A stretch of 62,670 nucleotides of DNA, the filler included, from Basidioascus undulatus (lineage: Eukaryota), in the NCBI GenBank assembly GCA_000826855.1. It is 12 parts of 12 records of this genome, joined end to end, with 100 filler letters (N's around TTAATTAATTAA, not from the genome) between each part and the next. Parts side by side here need not be neighbours in the genome. Positions count along the whole stretch, not along the records: positions 12,430 to 15,605 come from JTLS01002496.1; positions 15,706 to 18,879 come from JTLS01002498.1; positions 18,980 to 22,153 come from JTLS01002499.1; positions 22,254 to 46,317 come from JTLS01000250.1; 8 more parts are not named here. One strand, written 5' to 3'. A program made the position numbers and the translations under genes. Each line of letters begins with the position of its first letter. Within the stretch, counting starts at the first letter, position 1. The notes beneath the pieces were generated by a model. The model was not told where the DNA came from. It searched no databases and was given only the letters and a program-made list of their open reading frames with translations. Positions 12,737-25,774 of this stretch are shown here, piece by piece.

Positions 12737-13004
12737 AAGGGAGGAGTGACTGTACTGCACGTTTAATGCTTTCTTTTTTTTTGGTGGAATAACGATTGTG
12801 TGTCGTTTGTGCTTGTGTTTGCGTACGAGTGCGAACTGCCAAGTGCAAAGTCCACGTCCGCCTTCCACCCGCGGAACGCGAGCCCTGCGAGCGCAGTCAA
12901 GCTGAGCGCAGCGAGCGCATGTGAAAGCGCCAGCTGCCTCAGCACCTCACTTCATCACCTCCAACACCTTTCTCTCTATCCTCCTTGGAAACTTGAACCA
13001 CCGC

Positions 13005-15605
13005 ATGTTAGACGTCCAGCCCCTCCTCCGTCCGCCCTCTCCGACCGCCGCCCACGCCCGCGCGCTCGCAGCGCTCGACAGTCTCGCCTCCGCATCCGCG
13101 GCGGACCTGGCTGCTCGCGAGCGGGACCTCGAGGGTATGGCGAGCGGAGTAGAATCAGAGGTGCGTTTCGCATTCCGTCCTCCCTTCCTTGCATCCTTCC
13201 ATTTATTCCCTTGGACTGAACAGCGCTCCCACCACGCAGCTCTCTGCCTCCCACGCCCACCTCCTCTCCCTCCTCTCCCGCACCCTCCGCACATCTACAC
13301 ACACCCACTCCGCCGCGCAGAGTGCCAAGTCCCGCCTCGCCCAGACGCACGAAGACCTCATCGACGCGCGTGAGGCGCTCGTCTCCCCCGTCTCTGCGCG
13401 CGCGAAGGGGGAGAAGGGGACGCTGCTGGAGGGAGTGCGGGGGCTGGTGGGGCGGCTTGAGGAACTGAGGGGAGGCAGGGATTGGGTCGGGGGAGTGCAG
13501 AAGGGTGTGGAGATAAAGTATGTCTTGTTTTTGAGTTGAGGGAGAAAGAGGGGTTGAGCGCTGATGAGACGGGGGAGAGGACAGTGAGAGAGTTCGGGAG
13601 GCGCTGGATCAGAGGGGAGAGGGGGACGACATTTGGGCGCCTCTGGGGCCGTATAGGGAGCTGTGCGAGTATGAGCGCGCGCTGAAGGGAGTGAAAGGGA
13701 GTGAGGCTCTGCGGGCATATGTGCGCGCGCTGAGGCGGGCGACGTGGGCTAGGGTGAAGGGGCGGTTTATCGAGTGCGTCTTTTTTTCCTTTTTCCTTCT
13801 CCCTCTTCTCTTCTCGACCTCCTCGCTGCTGCTTCTTCGGAAGGAAGGGGGATCTGATGTGGTGGGTGATTGGGGCGAACAGGGACACCACCAAAGCCCT
13901 CACCACCCTCAAGTGGCCAATGCGCGTCCAGCGGCCCGTCGAGCTCTCGTACGGGCCAGGCGCGGCGTTTGTGCGCGCGTGGAAGACGCTGGGGGAGCTG
14001 CAGGAGCGGTGGGTCCCTCCGCTCTCCGCAACAGAGTAGGAAGCTGTGTCTGATGATAGGATGGCAGGGGACGGGCATTGCACCGTGATGCGGCGGAGGA
14101 AGAGGGGGAAGAGGACCTTTATGTGATTGAGGCGCTCGTCCAGCCTGTTGCGCTCAGGTTCAGGTACCACTTTGATGAGAAGCGGGGGACGAATCGGTTG
14201 GATAAGGTGCGTTTACGCTTCTGCGGTGCTTCCGTCTTTCTGCTGGACGAGGCGATAAAGGCTGAGATGGCATGGGACGGACCGTGGGGATACACAGCCA
14301 GAGTGGTACTACTCGCACGTGCTCGACCTCCTTGCCGAGCAGGGCGCCTTCCTCTCACACGAGATCCAGTCTCTCCTGCCCCCAAACGTCTCCGCCATCG
14401 TGCGCCTTCTTCCGTCCCTCCCCCTCCTCCCCCTCCTCCCCATCCCGAGCTCACACCCTCCCTCTCCCACAGCGCGCATTCACTTCCCACCTCCTCTCCC
14501 TCCCGCGCTCCAAGCTCCTCCGCTCCGTCCCCTCCCTCCTCCCGCACCCCCCGCTCCTGGCACACACGATCCACCAAACGCTCCTCTTCGACGCGGCGCT
14601 CGCAGAGGGCGGCTTCGTCGGCCCGGGCCTCGCGGGCGAGGTGCTTGGCCGGAAAGAGTGGTTCGACGAGTGGCTGGCGGGCGAGAGGAGGTTCGCGGAA
14701 GAGAGCTACCACCTGATTATTGGCAGTGCGGAGGCATGGCAGGTCGACGAGGACGGGGAGGGCGAGGGCGGAGGGGAGGAGCTCAGGCCGACTAACTCGG
14801 CGAGGCGGCTGAGGGACTTGTTGGCGCAAGTGACGGGTGCGTCTTTTTTTCTTCCCCTTCTCTCTTCCCGGGCGCAGCAAACCATTCTGAACCAATCCTC
14901 ACTCCCTTCGTCGCTCGACCACAGACCGCTACCGCCTCCTCCCGTCCTTCGCGCACCGCACGTCCTTCCTGATGCAGATCCAAGTGCCGCTCCTCGAGGC
15001 GTACGGCTCGCGCATCGCCTCCTCGCTCGACGCGTTCGAGACGCTCTCCTCCTCCCTCGCGAGCGTCGTCCCCGGCGCGATCGGCGCCGCCGCCGAGGGC
15101 GGCTCGCGCGCGAGCCTCACCGCGGGCGTGGCCGGCGCGGGGAAGCTCCTGCGCGCTGCCGTCAGCGCACGGTGGATCAGGGGCGTCGTGGAGGCGTGGG
15201 GGGAGGAGGCGGTGAGTGGCTGTGGGGTCTTCGGCATTCGAGGCTGGATGCTGATCGGCCCGTGACGGGACAGTTTTTCCTTGAGCTTTGGATGGAGCTC
15301 AATGCACGCGCGAAGGGCAAGGGCACGAGCGCAGCTGCGACCGGCGCACCGGAAGATCAGGGCACGATCTTCACGGAGCTCGGGGGGTTGTTTGGGAAGC
15401 TTGCGGACCGCGCGGAGGGGATGGCCGTGGGCCATGTGGTCGGCGAGGTGGAAGGCTTGATGAGGGAGTATATGCTCAGGTGAGTGCGCTGTGCTGTTCT
15501 TCGCCGCGTCAGCTTCCATGCTGAGGACAGGGCGGTTCGTCCTGCAGACGATGGGACATCGAATCAACCTCCGACGAACCCCCCACCCCGACCCCGGCGC
15601 TCATC
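13005..15605 (+). CDS. TIP20: RINT-1/Tip20 family tethering subunit, multi-exon, 3' truncated
   Basis: LYVIEALVQPVALRFRYHFDEKRGTNRLDK|PEWYYSHVLDLL and LLAHTIHQTLLFDAAL are RINT1/TIP20 family motifs. Confidence 0.9.
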
Positions 15606-15705
15606 NNNNNNNNNNNNNNNNNNNNNNNNNNNNNNNNNNNNNNNNNNNNTTAATTAATTAANNNNNNNNNNNNNNNNNNNNNNNNNNNNNNNNNNNNNNN
15701 NNNNN

Positions 15706-16608
15706 AATGGATAAGTTTGAATACTCGAAAGGCGGCCGGTGGCTCTACACTGATGCAGAGGTGTACCTCTGGCACGGCGGATGCTACGTGAGGTTCGTCT
15801 ACAAGCCAGGAACCCCGGCCACCGATATCCTCGCTTTCAGGAAGGACCTCCCCGAGTACGGCCGCAGCCTCCTGGTAGACGGAGATGGTGTTACATACAT
15901 AGACTATGAAGAGCCGCGAGAGCCCGACGAGCCGGAGGGTGACAGCGAGGACGTGTCCAAGGAGATGTCCGGACTTCCAGTCATCAAGGCCGACGAGAAG
16001 GTCCACTACCTCAAGCGTTGCATGTACAAGAGCGAGATACAGAACCTACTTAAGGTCAGAGGGGGTCCATCCGTGATAGAACTGCTGGGACATACAGAGG
16101 ACATGAGGCTTGTGTTCCCTAAATACACAACCGACCTCTTTGAGTATGTAGTGAAACGCAGGGACAAGGACTTCAGGCAGCATGTAACGTGGCTGCTGCA
16201 GACAGTCTCAGGTCTCAAGTGGCTCCACTCGCACGGAGTGATCCATAGGGACCTTGTGCTCAGGAACATAATGTACTCGGAGCCCGTGGTGATAGCTGAC
16301 CTTGAGTCCAGGCACACCTCGCTCGACTGTAGGGCACCTGAAGTCTCAGCGCTGGGTTCAGCTCGGCTAGTGACATGTACGCACTGGGTTTCTGCATATG
16401 GCAGATGGAGAAGCGTAACTACCCGAGGCCCTTCGCGCCAGTAGAGCTGGAGGGCCCGCTCGCGGAGGTCTTCTACGCCTGCAGACGAGAGAGACCTGAG
16501 GACAGGCCGACTCTCGAAGAGCTCACCGCCGCTCTTGAGCTGATGAGAAGCCCGTGTGCGCTACCTGCCGGCCAGCCCCAGCCACCACCCCACGGCGACC
16601 GTCGATAG
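15706..16608 (+). pseudogene. Intronless protein-kinase-fold ORF with one -1 frameshift near 16345-16350, possibly 5' truncated
   Basis: HYLKR, SEIQNLL, IHRDLVLRNI, DLES, RAPE in ORF 15707-16444; continues in the -1 frame as AGFSSASDMYALG...ACRRERPEDRPTLEEL. Confidence 0.8.
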
Positions 16609-17310
16609 CAGCGTGGCCGCAGGCAGCACTTCCCTTATCACGCGCTGTGTGTTGAAGGCACCACAGGTCGCGAGGTTCGTAGTCGGGGGGAAGGAACTCA
16701 CCAACTCACGCGATGTCAAAGAGTGCTGCCTAAGGGAGGTCAGGGCATTCAACCTCGTCAGGTGGCACGCCAACATTGTGGCCTTCATAGCTCGCGTTCC
16801 CGGCGTCGGCATAGTAATGGAGGAGGTTCTGGGGAGTACCCTATATGAACACCTTAACCCCTCAACTCCATACAGCCAGTTCTCCAAGTGGTACTCACAA
16901 CTGGTGTCAGCAGTAGCCCACGTGCACTCCTACGGCACCAGCCACTGCGACATAGCCTCCGGTAACGCCCTGATAGACTGTACCATGACCCTCAAGCTCT
17001 GTGACTTCGGAAGAAGTGCAAAGCCCGGCGGGCATGTACAGATGGCCACCTACCGCTTCACAGTGTCCGAGATTCTGGGTGCCCACGTAGACCCTTACCT
17101 CGCTGACATATACTCCATGGGTCCGTGCTTCTGTGCATGGTGGAAAGGTCACCTCCCAGTGACGGTGAGGAGCAGTGGCCCTGTAACTCCCCAGGGAAAG
17201 CCGAGTGCAGAGCCCTGAACCTGTCCCGAGCCATGATGCTACCCATGGACGTGAGGCCACGGCTCGGGGGGCTCCCGAGTGAACCCGCCAGGGCTGGAGA
17301 CTGGCCTTGA
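16556..17310 (+). pseudogene. Second intronless protein-kinase-fold ORF with a -1 frameshift near 17120
   Basis: AAGSTSLI, CVLKAP, CLREV, HANIV, HCDIASGNAL, KLCDFG, ADIYSMG, then shifted SVLLCMVER...MDVRPRL. The APE motif is degenerate (TVSE) and there is no in-frame ATG at the start. Confidence 0.75.
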
Positions 17311-17395
17311 CTAGGTGCCGGGTGGGGAACGAAGTTTTGAAAATGGGTGGTATGTAGCAGGGCCAGGGTATGGCCAGGTGAGGAGGGAGGGTAAC

Positions 17396-17578
17396 ATGCT
17401 GGCACAACTGGTCAACAACACTGCGAGGCTACATGGTGATACAACAGGATTAGAGTGCTACAGCTGTGGTCAGGTGAGGACTGCCACTCTGGCTAGTCGT
17501 TGCAGGTGCAGCAGTTGGAGGCACCGGGGTAGTTTCTGCCACAGGTGCCACACCTGTTACGAACAACGAGGGAGATGA
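17396..17578 (+). CDS. Putative 60-aa Cys/His-rich zinc-binding protein
   Basis: C-x2-C-x11-C-x-C-x4-H-x4-C-x2-C-x2-C pattern; fills the gap between the convergent kinase ORFs. Confidence 0.4.
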   Translation: MLAQLVNNTARLHGDTTGLECYSCGQVRTATLASRCRCSSWRHRGSFCHRCHTCYEQRGR

Positions 17579-17593
17579 GGAAGTGGGTCAGCG

Positions 17594-18654
17594 TCACAGT
17601 CGGTAAGTTCCTGGTCTGGCTGAGCCCCTGGTGGCCACCTCAACTGTAGTTGTAGATCCGGTGGCGGTAGGAGGCCTCCACAGGTCACCCTCGACGACGC
17701 CGTGCTTGGCCATGAAGGCTAGCCGGAACTTGGCTATCTTTCTCCTCTTCCACACGGTGTTCCAGAGCCCGTTGAAGACGTCAAGGATCAGCCGCTCCGT
17801 GACTGGGTCCTCGCGCGGAAGGAGTTTCATGGCAGCCTGCCTAAACATGACATACCACTCGTAGTTGGTGCAGTTTATGCCCAGCCCCGTGCCAGGCACT
17901 ACCCACTCGTAGATGAAAGGCTGATAGCCAGCGAACTCCCAGTCTATGGTGGACACTACCTTACTGTCACGTACCATTATGTTACGAGGCTCTATGTCAT
18001 TGTGACACAGAACATAGGGATGCTCAGCATGCCGACGGCCTTCAGTTGCTCCCTGACCTCAGCAAGAGGAACCTCACCACCCCAGTGTGACTCAGCGAGA
18101 GCCGTCAGCCACGCCCTGGTGTCCGGAAAGTAGCGCAAGTCGCCCTCACGGAAACCCAGGGCCTCTGCGGTCCTCAGGTCGTTAGGGGCAAGTCTGTCGC
18201 TCTTCAGTGTGTGGAGGCCGGCGAGCAGCTCCACAATCTGATCAATGTACGATAGCTTCTCGTCCCCAGTGAGCCTCTGCCACTTGTCTTCGAGGGTAGA
18301 GCTGTGGACATACTCAACGACTGTCGCGCAGAAGGGCTCGCTGTCCTCCTCCCAGTGGAAGCTGTCTATCGTTCTGGGGACAGGCACCTTGGTGCGCACC
18401 AGGCTCATTAGGGCCTCAGTAGCGACGGTACGCCTCACAACATCCTGACCCTTGCCAAGACAGAGGATATACTTTGTGCCTAGCATTGTAGAGACTAGGC
18501 CGGTACACATGTCAGGGTTGTCCTGGAGCACCTCAAAGCTGGCGGCCTGGCAGGGGAAGAACCTGTCGATCAGCCACCTGGGGGGTGCTAGCAGCCCAGG
18601 CGGCAGCATGCAGTTGCTCTGGAGTGCAAGTGCCACAGAGTAGCGAGGCCTCAT
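17594..18654 (-). pseudogene. APH/choline-kinase-like phosphotransferase with one -1 frameshift near 18030-18045
   Basis: TKVPVPRTID..VEYVHSSTLEDKW..LAGLH in ORF 17992-18654; shifted frame gives PYVLCHNDIEPRNIMV...IDWEFAGYQP (HxDxxxxN and IDWE motifs). Confidence 0.8.
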
Positions 18655-18879
18655 ACGTCCAAATCCCCGAGGACTTAGCGATGAGGTCGTTCGACGTAGC
18701 TAGTACCCTGTCCACACCCTGCTGGAGCTTACCCTTAAGGGCCAGCTTGCCTACACTCTGGATTTCGGTCAGCTTCCTGAGCGTCGTCGCATTGGCAGGC
18801 CCCGGGGCGCCTGTCAGCCTAGGCCTCCTTACGACGAGTACAGGCCCATCAGCGGTGTCGACAAGGAGACCTGTGATGT
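18533..18879 (-). CDS. C-terminal part of an unknown intronless ORF overlapping the APH ORF start
   Basis: Open from contig end: ITGLLVDTADGPVLVVRRPRL...RKLTEIQSVGKLALKGKLQQGVDRVLA...GRQL*. Confidence 0.35.
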
Positions 18880-18979
18880 NNNNNNNNNNNNNNNNNNNNN
18901 NNNNNNNNNNNNNNNNNNNNNNNTTAATTAATTAANNNNNNNNNNNNNNNNNNNNNNNNNNNNNNNNNNNNNNNNNNNN

Positions 18980-21900
18980 GGGGCGGGCGTGGGCGTGGGG
19001 ATGAGTGGCTTGTGTTGGCGCGTGTAGGCGGAGACGCTGAAGGAGGAGATAAACGCGTCGCTTGAGGAGGACCGGGAGGAGCTGGAGGAGCGGTGCGAGC
19101 CGCGGTCGGAGCGGCTGCGGTTCGAGCGGGCGGGATACACTTGGCCGGGAGCGACTGAGTACGCCTGACATGGAGCGGCATTGGGCTGCGGCGTCCCGCT
19201 GCGCCACCCGTCGCCGCCGGCGAGAATGGGCGCGGGCGTAAGGGGGATCTCGCTCATCTGCATAGGCGTCGCTGCCACGTTTGTGAAGGGCGGGCCGGAG
19301 TCGCGCTTGCCAGCCTCGAGACCTCGTTCGTCTGAAGGCAAACTCATGAGGGTCAACAACCTTGGCGCAGGATAGACGTGAGACTGCCGAGGAGAAATCC
19401 AAAGACTCACAAGCCGCATCGTACAGTGCGAGCTCGTACCTCCTCTGCTCGACCTCCTTGTCGTCGATCGCGTCCGCGAACTCGCGCGTCTTGGCCAGGC
19501 GGCGCTTGCGGTTCCTCCAACGAAGCCAGAGGATAAAGGCGATGATGAGGAGGACGGGGAGGAGGGCGATGAGGAGGATCGCCCACGTCGGGAGCTTCGT
19601 CGACCCCCGGCTGGACTTGGCCGTCGGGGCCGCGCTCGACGTCGTCGTCTTCGTCGCGTCCGTCACCGCGACGAGGGAGGAGAGACATATGCCCAGGGAC
19701 GGGTCGGGAAGCGCGGACAACGAGCCGCTGCACTTCGCGGAGATACACGTTCCGCCTGAGACGACTTTGTCGGTGTCGGAGCAGGTCAGGCATCTGTAAT
19801 AGGGAGTGACAGGAGTGTGTCAGATGTGAGTGTAAGAAAAGAGTCGAGAAAAAGGAGATACGCACGCCGACTTTCCAGAGCCGCTGCAGGTGCCGCAGCT
19901 CGAGTCGCAAGACTTGCAGGACGCCGTGCTCTGGTCGAAGTACTGGTCCTTGTCGCAAGTGGCCTGACACCGCTTGTCGCTCGTCTGCAACCCCCACGAA
20001 GAACGAGTCAGCCCTGTTCCTCCTCACATTCTCCCTCACAGATTCGCAACCACCAACGCACCAGGACCGGGAACGCCTTCGAGCAAGTCAAGCACTGGTC
20101 CGCGCCTGAGCCGCTGCACGTCCCGCAAGTCGCGTGGCACGCTGCGCACGCCTTCGTCCCGCTCGAGGGCTGGTAGTACCCGGCGGAGCAGGACGTCGCG
20201 GACGTGCACTTGCCGCCGACGGCGAAAGCGGAGGACGACGAGCAGGAGGTGCAGAAGGTCGAGGAGCCCGAGCACGTGGCGCAGGAGGAGTCGCAGGCTG
20301 CAAGTGCGGTTGCCCGTGAGCGGGGGGTGGAAGAAGAGAGGATGAAGGAAGGACCGTACCTTGGCACCGCCCGTTGCCGTCGGCGTACGTCCCTCCGGGG
20401 CACGAGAGCTCGCAAGACCCGCCCGCGAGGAGGTGCCCCGCAATGCAGCCCGTGCAGACCGCGCTGTCGAGGCTTGCCGAGGACGAGAACGAGGGGATCC
20501 GGCAGCCGGTGCACTTGGCGTCGCAGCCTGTCACATATGCCAGGTCAGTCAACATTCCCCCGAACAAGGAGCCCAAGAGGCAACGACGAACCCGTGCAGA
20601 CGTTCCGGGAGTTGTCAACGATGAACGCGCCGCTGGCAGTCGAGTGTGCGCACGCGCCCGTCGTCTGATCGACGCTGACGCACGTCTGTCCCAGGAGCGC
20701 CTTCGACCCGCTGCAGGACGTGCAGGCCTTGTTGCCCGCGCCGGAGCACGTGTTGCAGCTCGAGTCGCAGCTGGTATCGCGCAACCCCACGTCAGCCGAG
20801 GAGGAAAGCGGTGGATGGGGTGGGAGGAGGAACAAGAACGCACTCGCTGCACGCGCCCCCGTCCCAGTACTTCCCGTCGCTACAGGTAACGTTTGATGCA
20901 TCCGTGCCGGGGAACTTGTGCGAGGCCTTTGCGCACGTGCCGGGCGAGTCGGATGAGACCTGGTTGGATCCCACAACCCACATCAGCCCACACGCACTTC
21001 AAAGAAAACAAGCAAGTGGCACGACGAGCCTGTAGCCCATCCGCACATGTGTTGCACTTCGTCAAGCTCGAGCAGGTCAGGCAGCCGGGCTGGCAGGCTG
21101 ACCGCCGCGAAACATCACATCAGCTCTCCCTTCTCGTGCCATCCTAGAAAGAAGAAGTGTGCAGCAACGCACCTTGGCACTCCCCGTCGGTGTTCTTGAA
21201 GAACCCGTCCGCGCACGTCGCGCAGTGCGTGCCGTTGCCGTTGGACGTAGACGAGCTGTCGGCCCAGCCGGCGGAGCAGGCGCACACACCGCCGCCGGTG
21301 GAGCAGAGGCCGTTGAGGCAGTTGCACTCTGTGGGGAGAGCGTCCTTTAGCTGGTGTAGCGAGAAGAGAAGCAAGGGGGGAAGGGAGGAACGGACCTTCG
21401 AGAGGAGTCTGCGTGGACGCGAGCTTGCACTGCCCCGACCCGCCGACGCCGTCGTCGCATCCGTCTTTGCAGTCGGAGGGGCACGCTGTGGGGAGGGAAA
21501 GTCAGTAGGAGTAAGAGAAAGAGAAAGAAGAAGAGGAAGAGTAAGGAAGATGGTGCGTACCGGTGCAGGTCGGCCCGAAGAGGCCCTCCGCGCACGCGTC
21601 GCACCGCTCGCCTGTAAAGCCAGTCGGGCAGACGCACGTTGCCGTCGAGGCAGAGCAGTAGCCGGGGTAGGTGCAGGGGGTGTCGCAGGCAGCTGTGCGA
21701 CGCAACGCATGACATGTGAGATTCCGGACAGTAGCTACATGAAAAAGCAGGAAGACGCACAGGAAGCGAGGTGCGTGAGCGCGATGTCGTCGGCGTCCTG
21801 GAAGACGGCGAGGTCGACCACGCTCGGGATTGAGGACCAGACGACAACGCGCTTGTCCCCGCTCTCGAGCACAGCATACATCTCCTCGCCGAGCATAAAG

Positions 21901-22153
21901 CTCCCCACGCCGCCCAGCGCGCGCGTCATGTTCGCGGTGCTATTCCCGCCGGGCACCCACGTCGCGTCGTTGGAGAAGTGGTTCCCGGCGAAAGCGTACA
22001 GCCCCGAGGAGAGGGCGAGGGTGGAGATGGAGGAGGTGAGGTTGAAGGCGGGCGGGAGGGAGGCGGAGGAGGGGAGGGACGAGAGCTTGAGGGAGGAGAG
22101 GGTGCTGGAGGGGTAGTAGCCGGGGAGGACGAGGGTGGAGGAGGAGACAGGGA
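18980..22153 (-). CDS. Cys-rich EGF/furin-like repeat single-pass membrane protein, both ends truncated
   Basis: Exons such as CVCPTGFTGERCDACAEGLFGPTC, CHATCGTCSGSGADQCLTC, CDAKCTGC; TM segment LPTWAILLIALLPVLLIIAFILW followed by the basic stop-transfer RWRNRKRR. Confidence 0.85.
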
Positions 22154-22253
22154 NNNNNNNNNNNNNNNNNNNNNNNNNNNNNNNNNNNNNNNNNNNNTTA
22201 ATTAATTAANNNNNNNNNNNNNNNNNNNNNNNNNNNNNNNNNNNNNNNNNNNN

Positions 22254-22646
22254 ACCGCCTCGTCCACCCCTCCTTCGAAGCCCGAGAAGAAGGACGTCGA
22301 AAAGAAGGACGACGCCGACGCTTCGAAGCCCGAGCCTCAGCCGGACGCCAAGCCCGACGTAGACGGGGACAAGAAGACGAAGAACGGTACGCCACCAACG
22401 TCCTCATGGTGGGAGCGCTTCAAGAAGGGGTTCTCGGGATGAGCAACGCCGGGGACTACGCGCGTTCTTCACGGTTCATTGTGTTCTCATGCATTGCCCT
22501 TCCCCTGCCCCCTCTGTCGTGCCTGCGATCCAGATGACGAAGCGCAACCGCAATCGTCGCCGATGGCGACCGATCCGGCGAACGAGAAGAAGAAAGAGGA
22601 CGAGCAGAAGGAGGACGAGCGCAAAGCCGCGATGGGCTCGGGTTGA
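22254..22646 (+). CDS. C-terminal fragment of a charged low-complexity protein
   Basis: TASSTPPSKPEKKDVEKKDD...; ends either at TGA 22440-22442 or, via a GT..CAG intron (~22387-22533), at ...EDERKAAMGSG*. Confidence 0.35.
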
Positions 22647-23101
22647 GTTGCCGGGAGGGCATGTATGATGGTGTTGGGTCGGCTTGCGCGCTTACTCCTT
22701 TGCATGGACTGCGACTTTCCACCGCTCATCCGTGTATTGTGCTTCCGATTGTCTACCGGAATCAAGCGTAACGCAGAGTACACTTAATGCTACGCATGCG
22801 TGGGCTCCCAGCGAAGCACGCTGTGTGCCCTCCTCAACTTCCACAGGGTGAGGCTCGTCTTTCTTGAACATTTTCACCCCTTGAGCATTTGAACGACTGG
22901 TACTAACGTATCAAGACACCTGGACTGAATGGCATATTAGAAGACGTTCAGAGTCACACAAGTTGAGCCGCTTCCTCGCGTCAGACGTCGTGCTTCGCAG
23001 TCCTTCTGTTGACCAGCAAACAAGGCGATAGGCATGAAGCGCTTTCAATGCCGTAAAACTACTAATACAAGCTCATAATACAGTACAGGGGCTCGAAAGA
23101 A

Positions 23102-23703
<602 letters not shown>

Positions 23704-24435
23704 TGAAGTTAAGTGTTTATGAGAAGGATGAGGTGGGTGTGGGTGTGTGAGTGAGTAGGCGAGTGCGAATGCGAATGCAAGTGGTGGGTGAGGGAGGAGG
23801 TCAACGTCGAAGACACTCCCTCTTGTAACTTTCGCGCCTTCCGTTGGGCAATCGCAATCAAGGAACACTCTGTTTGATCCGCCGCCTGTTATTGCGGCCA
23901 GTGATCAGATGAGAGTCGGGTGTCTGTGTGATTGCGAGTGTATGCTGGACGAAGATGCGAGGGGCGGACACGTAGACAAGAAATCATCAGGCGCGTCTGG
24001 GACTTGACGCGTTGAGACCCACACGCGTCCAGGTAGTTTCTCGCTAATGCTTTGAGTATTTTCGTAGCTACAGCTACGGGGTATCATAAGATTAAATTTC
24101 AAAGATTATTCTGAACACCGAGTTGACGAGGAGAAAGAAGCGAGAAAACAGAGCAAGTTCTGGCGAAGGGTGATTCAGCGATCAAGCGTCTTCCTCCCAA
24201 GTTAGCCTACCCTCGCTCTGATTGGCCACAGACGAATTGATTGCGTCTTTCGAGAGTTGATTGCAGATGCCTTTGATCCATGCGCGGCCGCCCAAACAAT
24301 TCAAAAGCGGGCCGCTCCTTCGCCACTCTCCAATTCCCATCTCCTCATCCAACACTCGCATACACCCACCAGACTTCGGTCTTCGCCTCGCCTACACCTC
24401 ACTCCCCACAACCCCTAAACAACACTTTATCCATT

Positions 24436-24874
<439 letters not shown>

Positions 24875-25774
24875 AAAGTTTCTCGCATGGTGTTTTTGTT
24901 GTACTTTTAGCACCTTGTATTACTAGTTTTATCTGCATCACCGGACATGCCTGCTATGTGGTGAATCTCATTAACCCCTGAAAGACAGTTAACATGGAGC
25001 GAAGACGGTACAGAGGTTCACTGGCTGCTTCTCGTTAATTGGGTCTCGAGTGCAGTCTTTTCCCGTCGGCAGCAGCATTGAAGCAGGGCTTGTGTTCCAC
25101 TTGGGAGTGGCCAAGACTCGTTGAGACTCGTCTTGCTGGTCGCAGCTGCACACCCGGTACGTAGGTGCTTCAGGATACAGGAGCTGGCGAGAAGTGTGGC
25201 TCCTGCCACTGCTGAAAGATACAGTAATGGGTACTGAAGTGTGTCTTAAGATGGGTGGACTGCATCTTAATGATCCGGGATGAGCATTGCGAAGAAATCG
25301 GCTCGACAGATGAGACGGCGTAGAGTTTCCTGGTTCATCTTTCCGCTCGTCTTCTTCAAACTCCGGGCCTCGTCGTTCTCTACGTGTTGATGTTAAGACG
25401 ATCCAGCCCTCTTTCTCTGGAGGTGCCGGAACCGAACTGAGTGCGTTGATAGCGCTCAAACGAGACGCTCGCTGCAAGCGACTATCATCTGCTCTGGGCA
25501 ACACAGTACATGCGTAACCTCTTCCGCGGCGCAGGTACAGGCTATCCCGCAGGTACAGATAGCGGTGTAATAGCGGTTATCTGTAGTGAAATGTCCAGGT
25601 AGCAGGCCTGACTCCTTCAGGTTCCACTACTGTAAGACAACGAAGTGTCAGGAATGAAAGAACGGACGAGCAGACAGGAACAAGCAGCCAGCAACAGCGT
25701 CTACTATCGTTGATAGTGGATTCTTAAGTCAAACAAACAACTAAATGGCCGAAATGTCCGTGTCCATGGGCCAC

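Noticed and set aside
17381..17398. Shine-Dalgarno-like AGGAGGGAGG before the small Cys-rich ORF
   Set aside because: Single instance in AGG-rich sequence; neighbouring ORFs lack it and look fungal.
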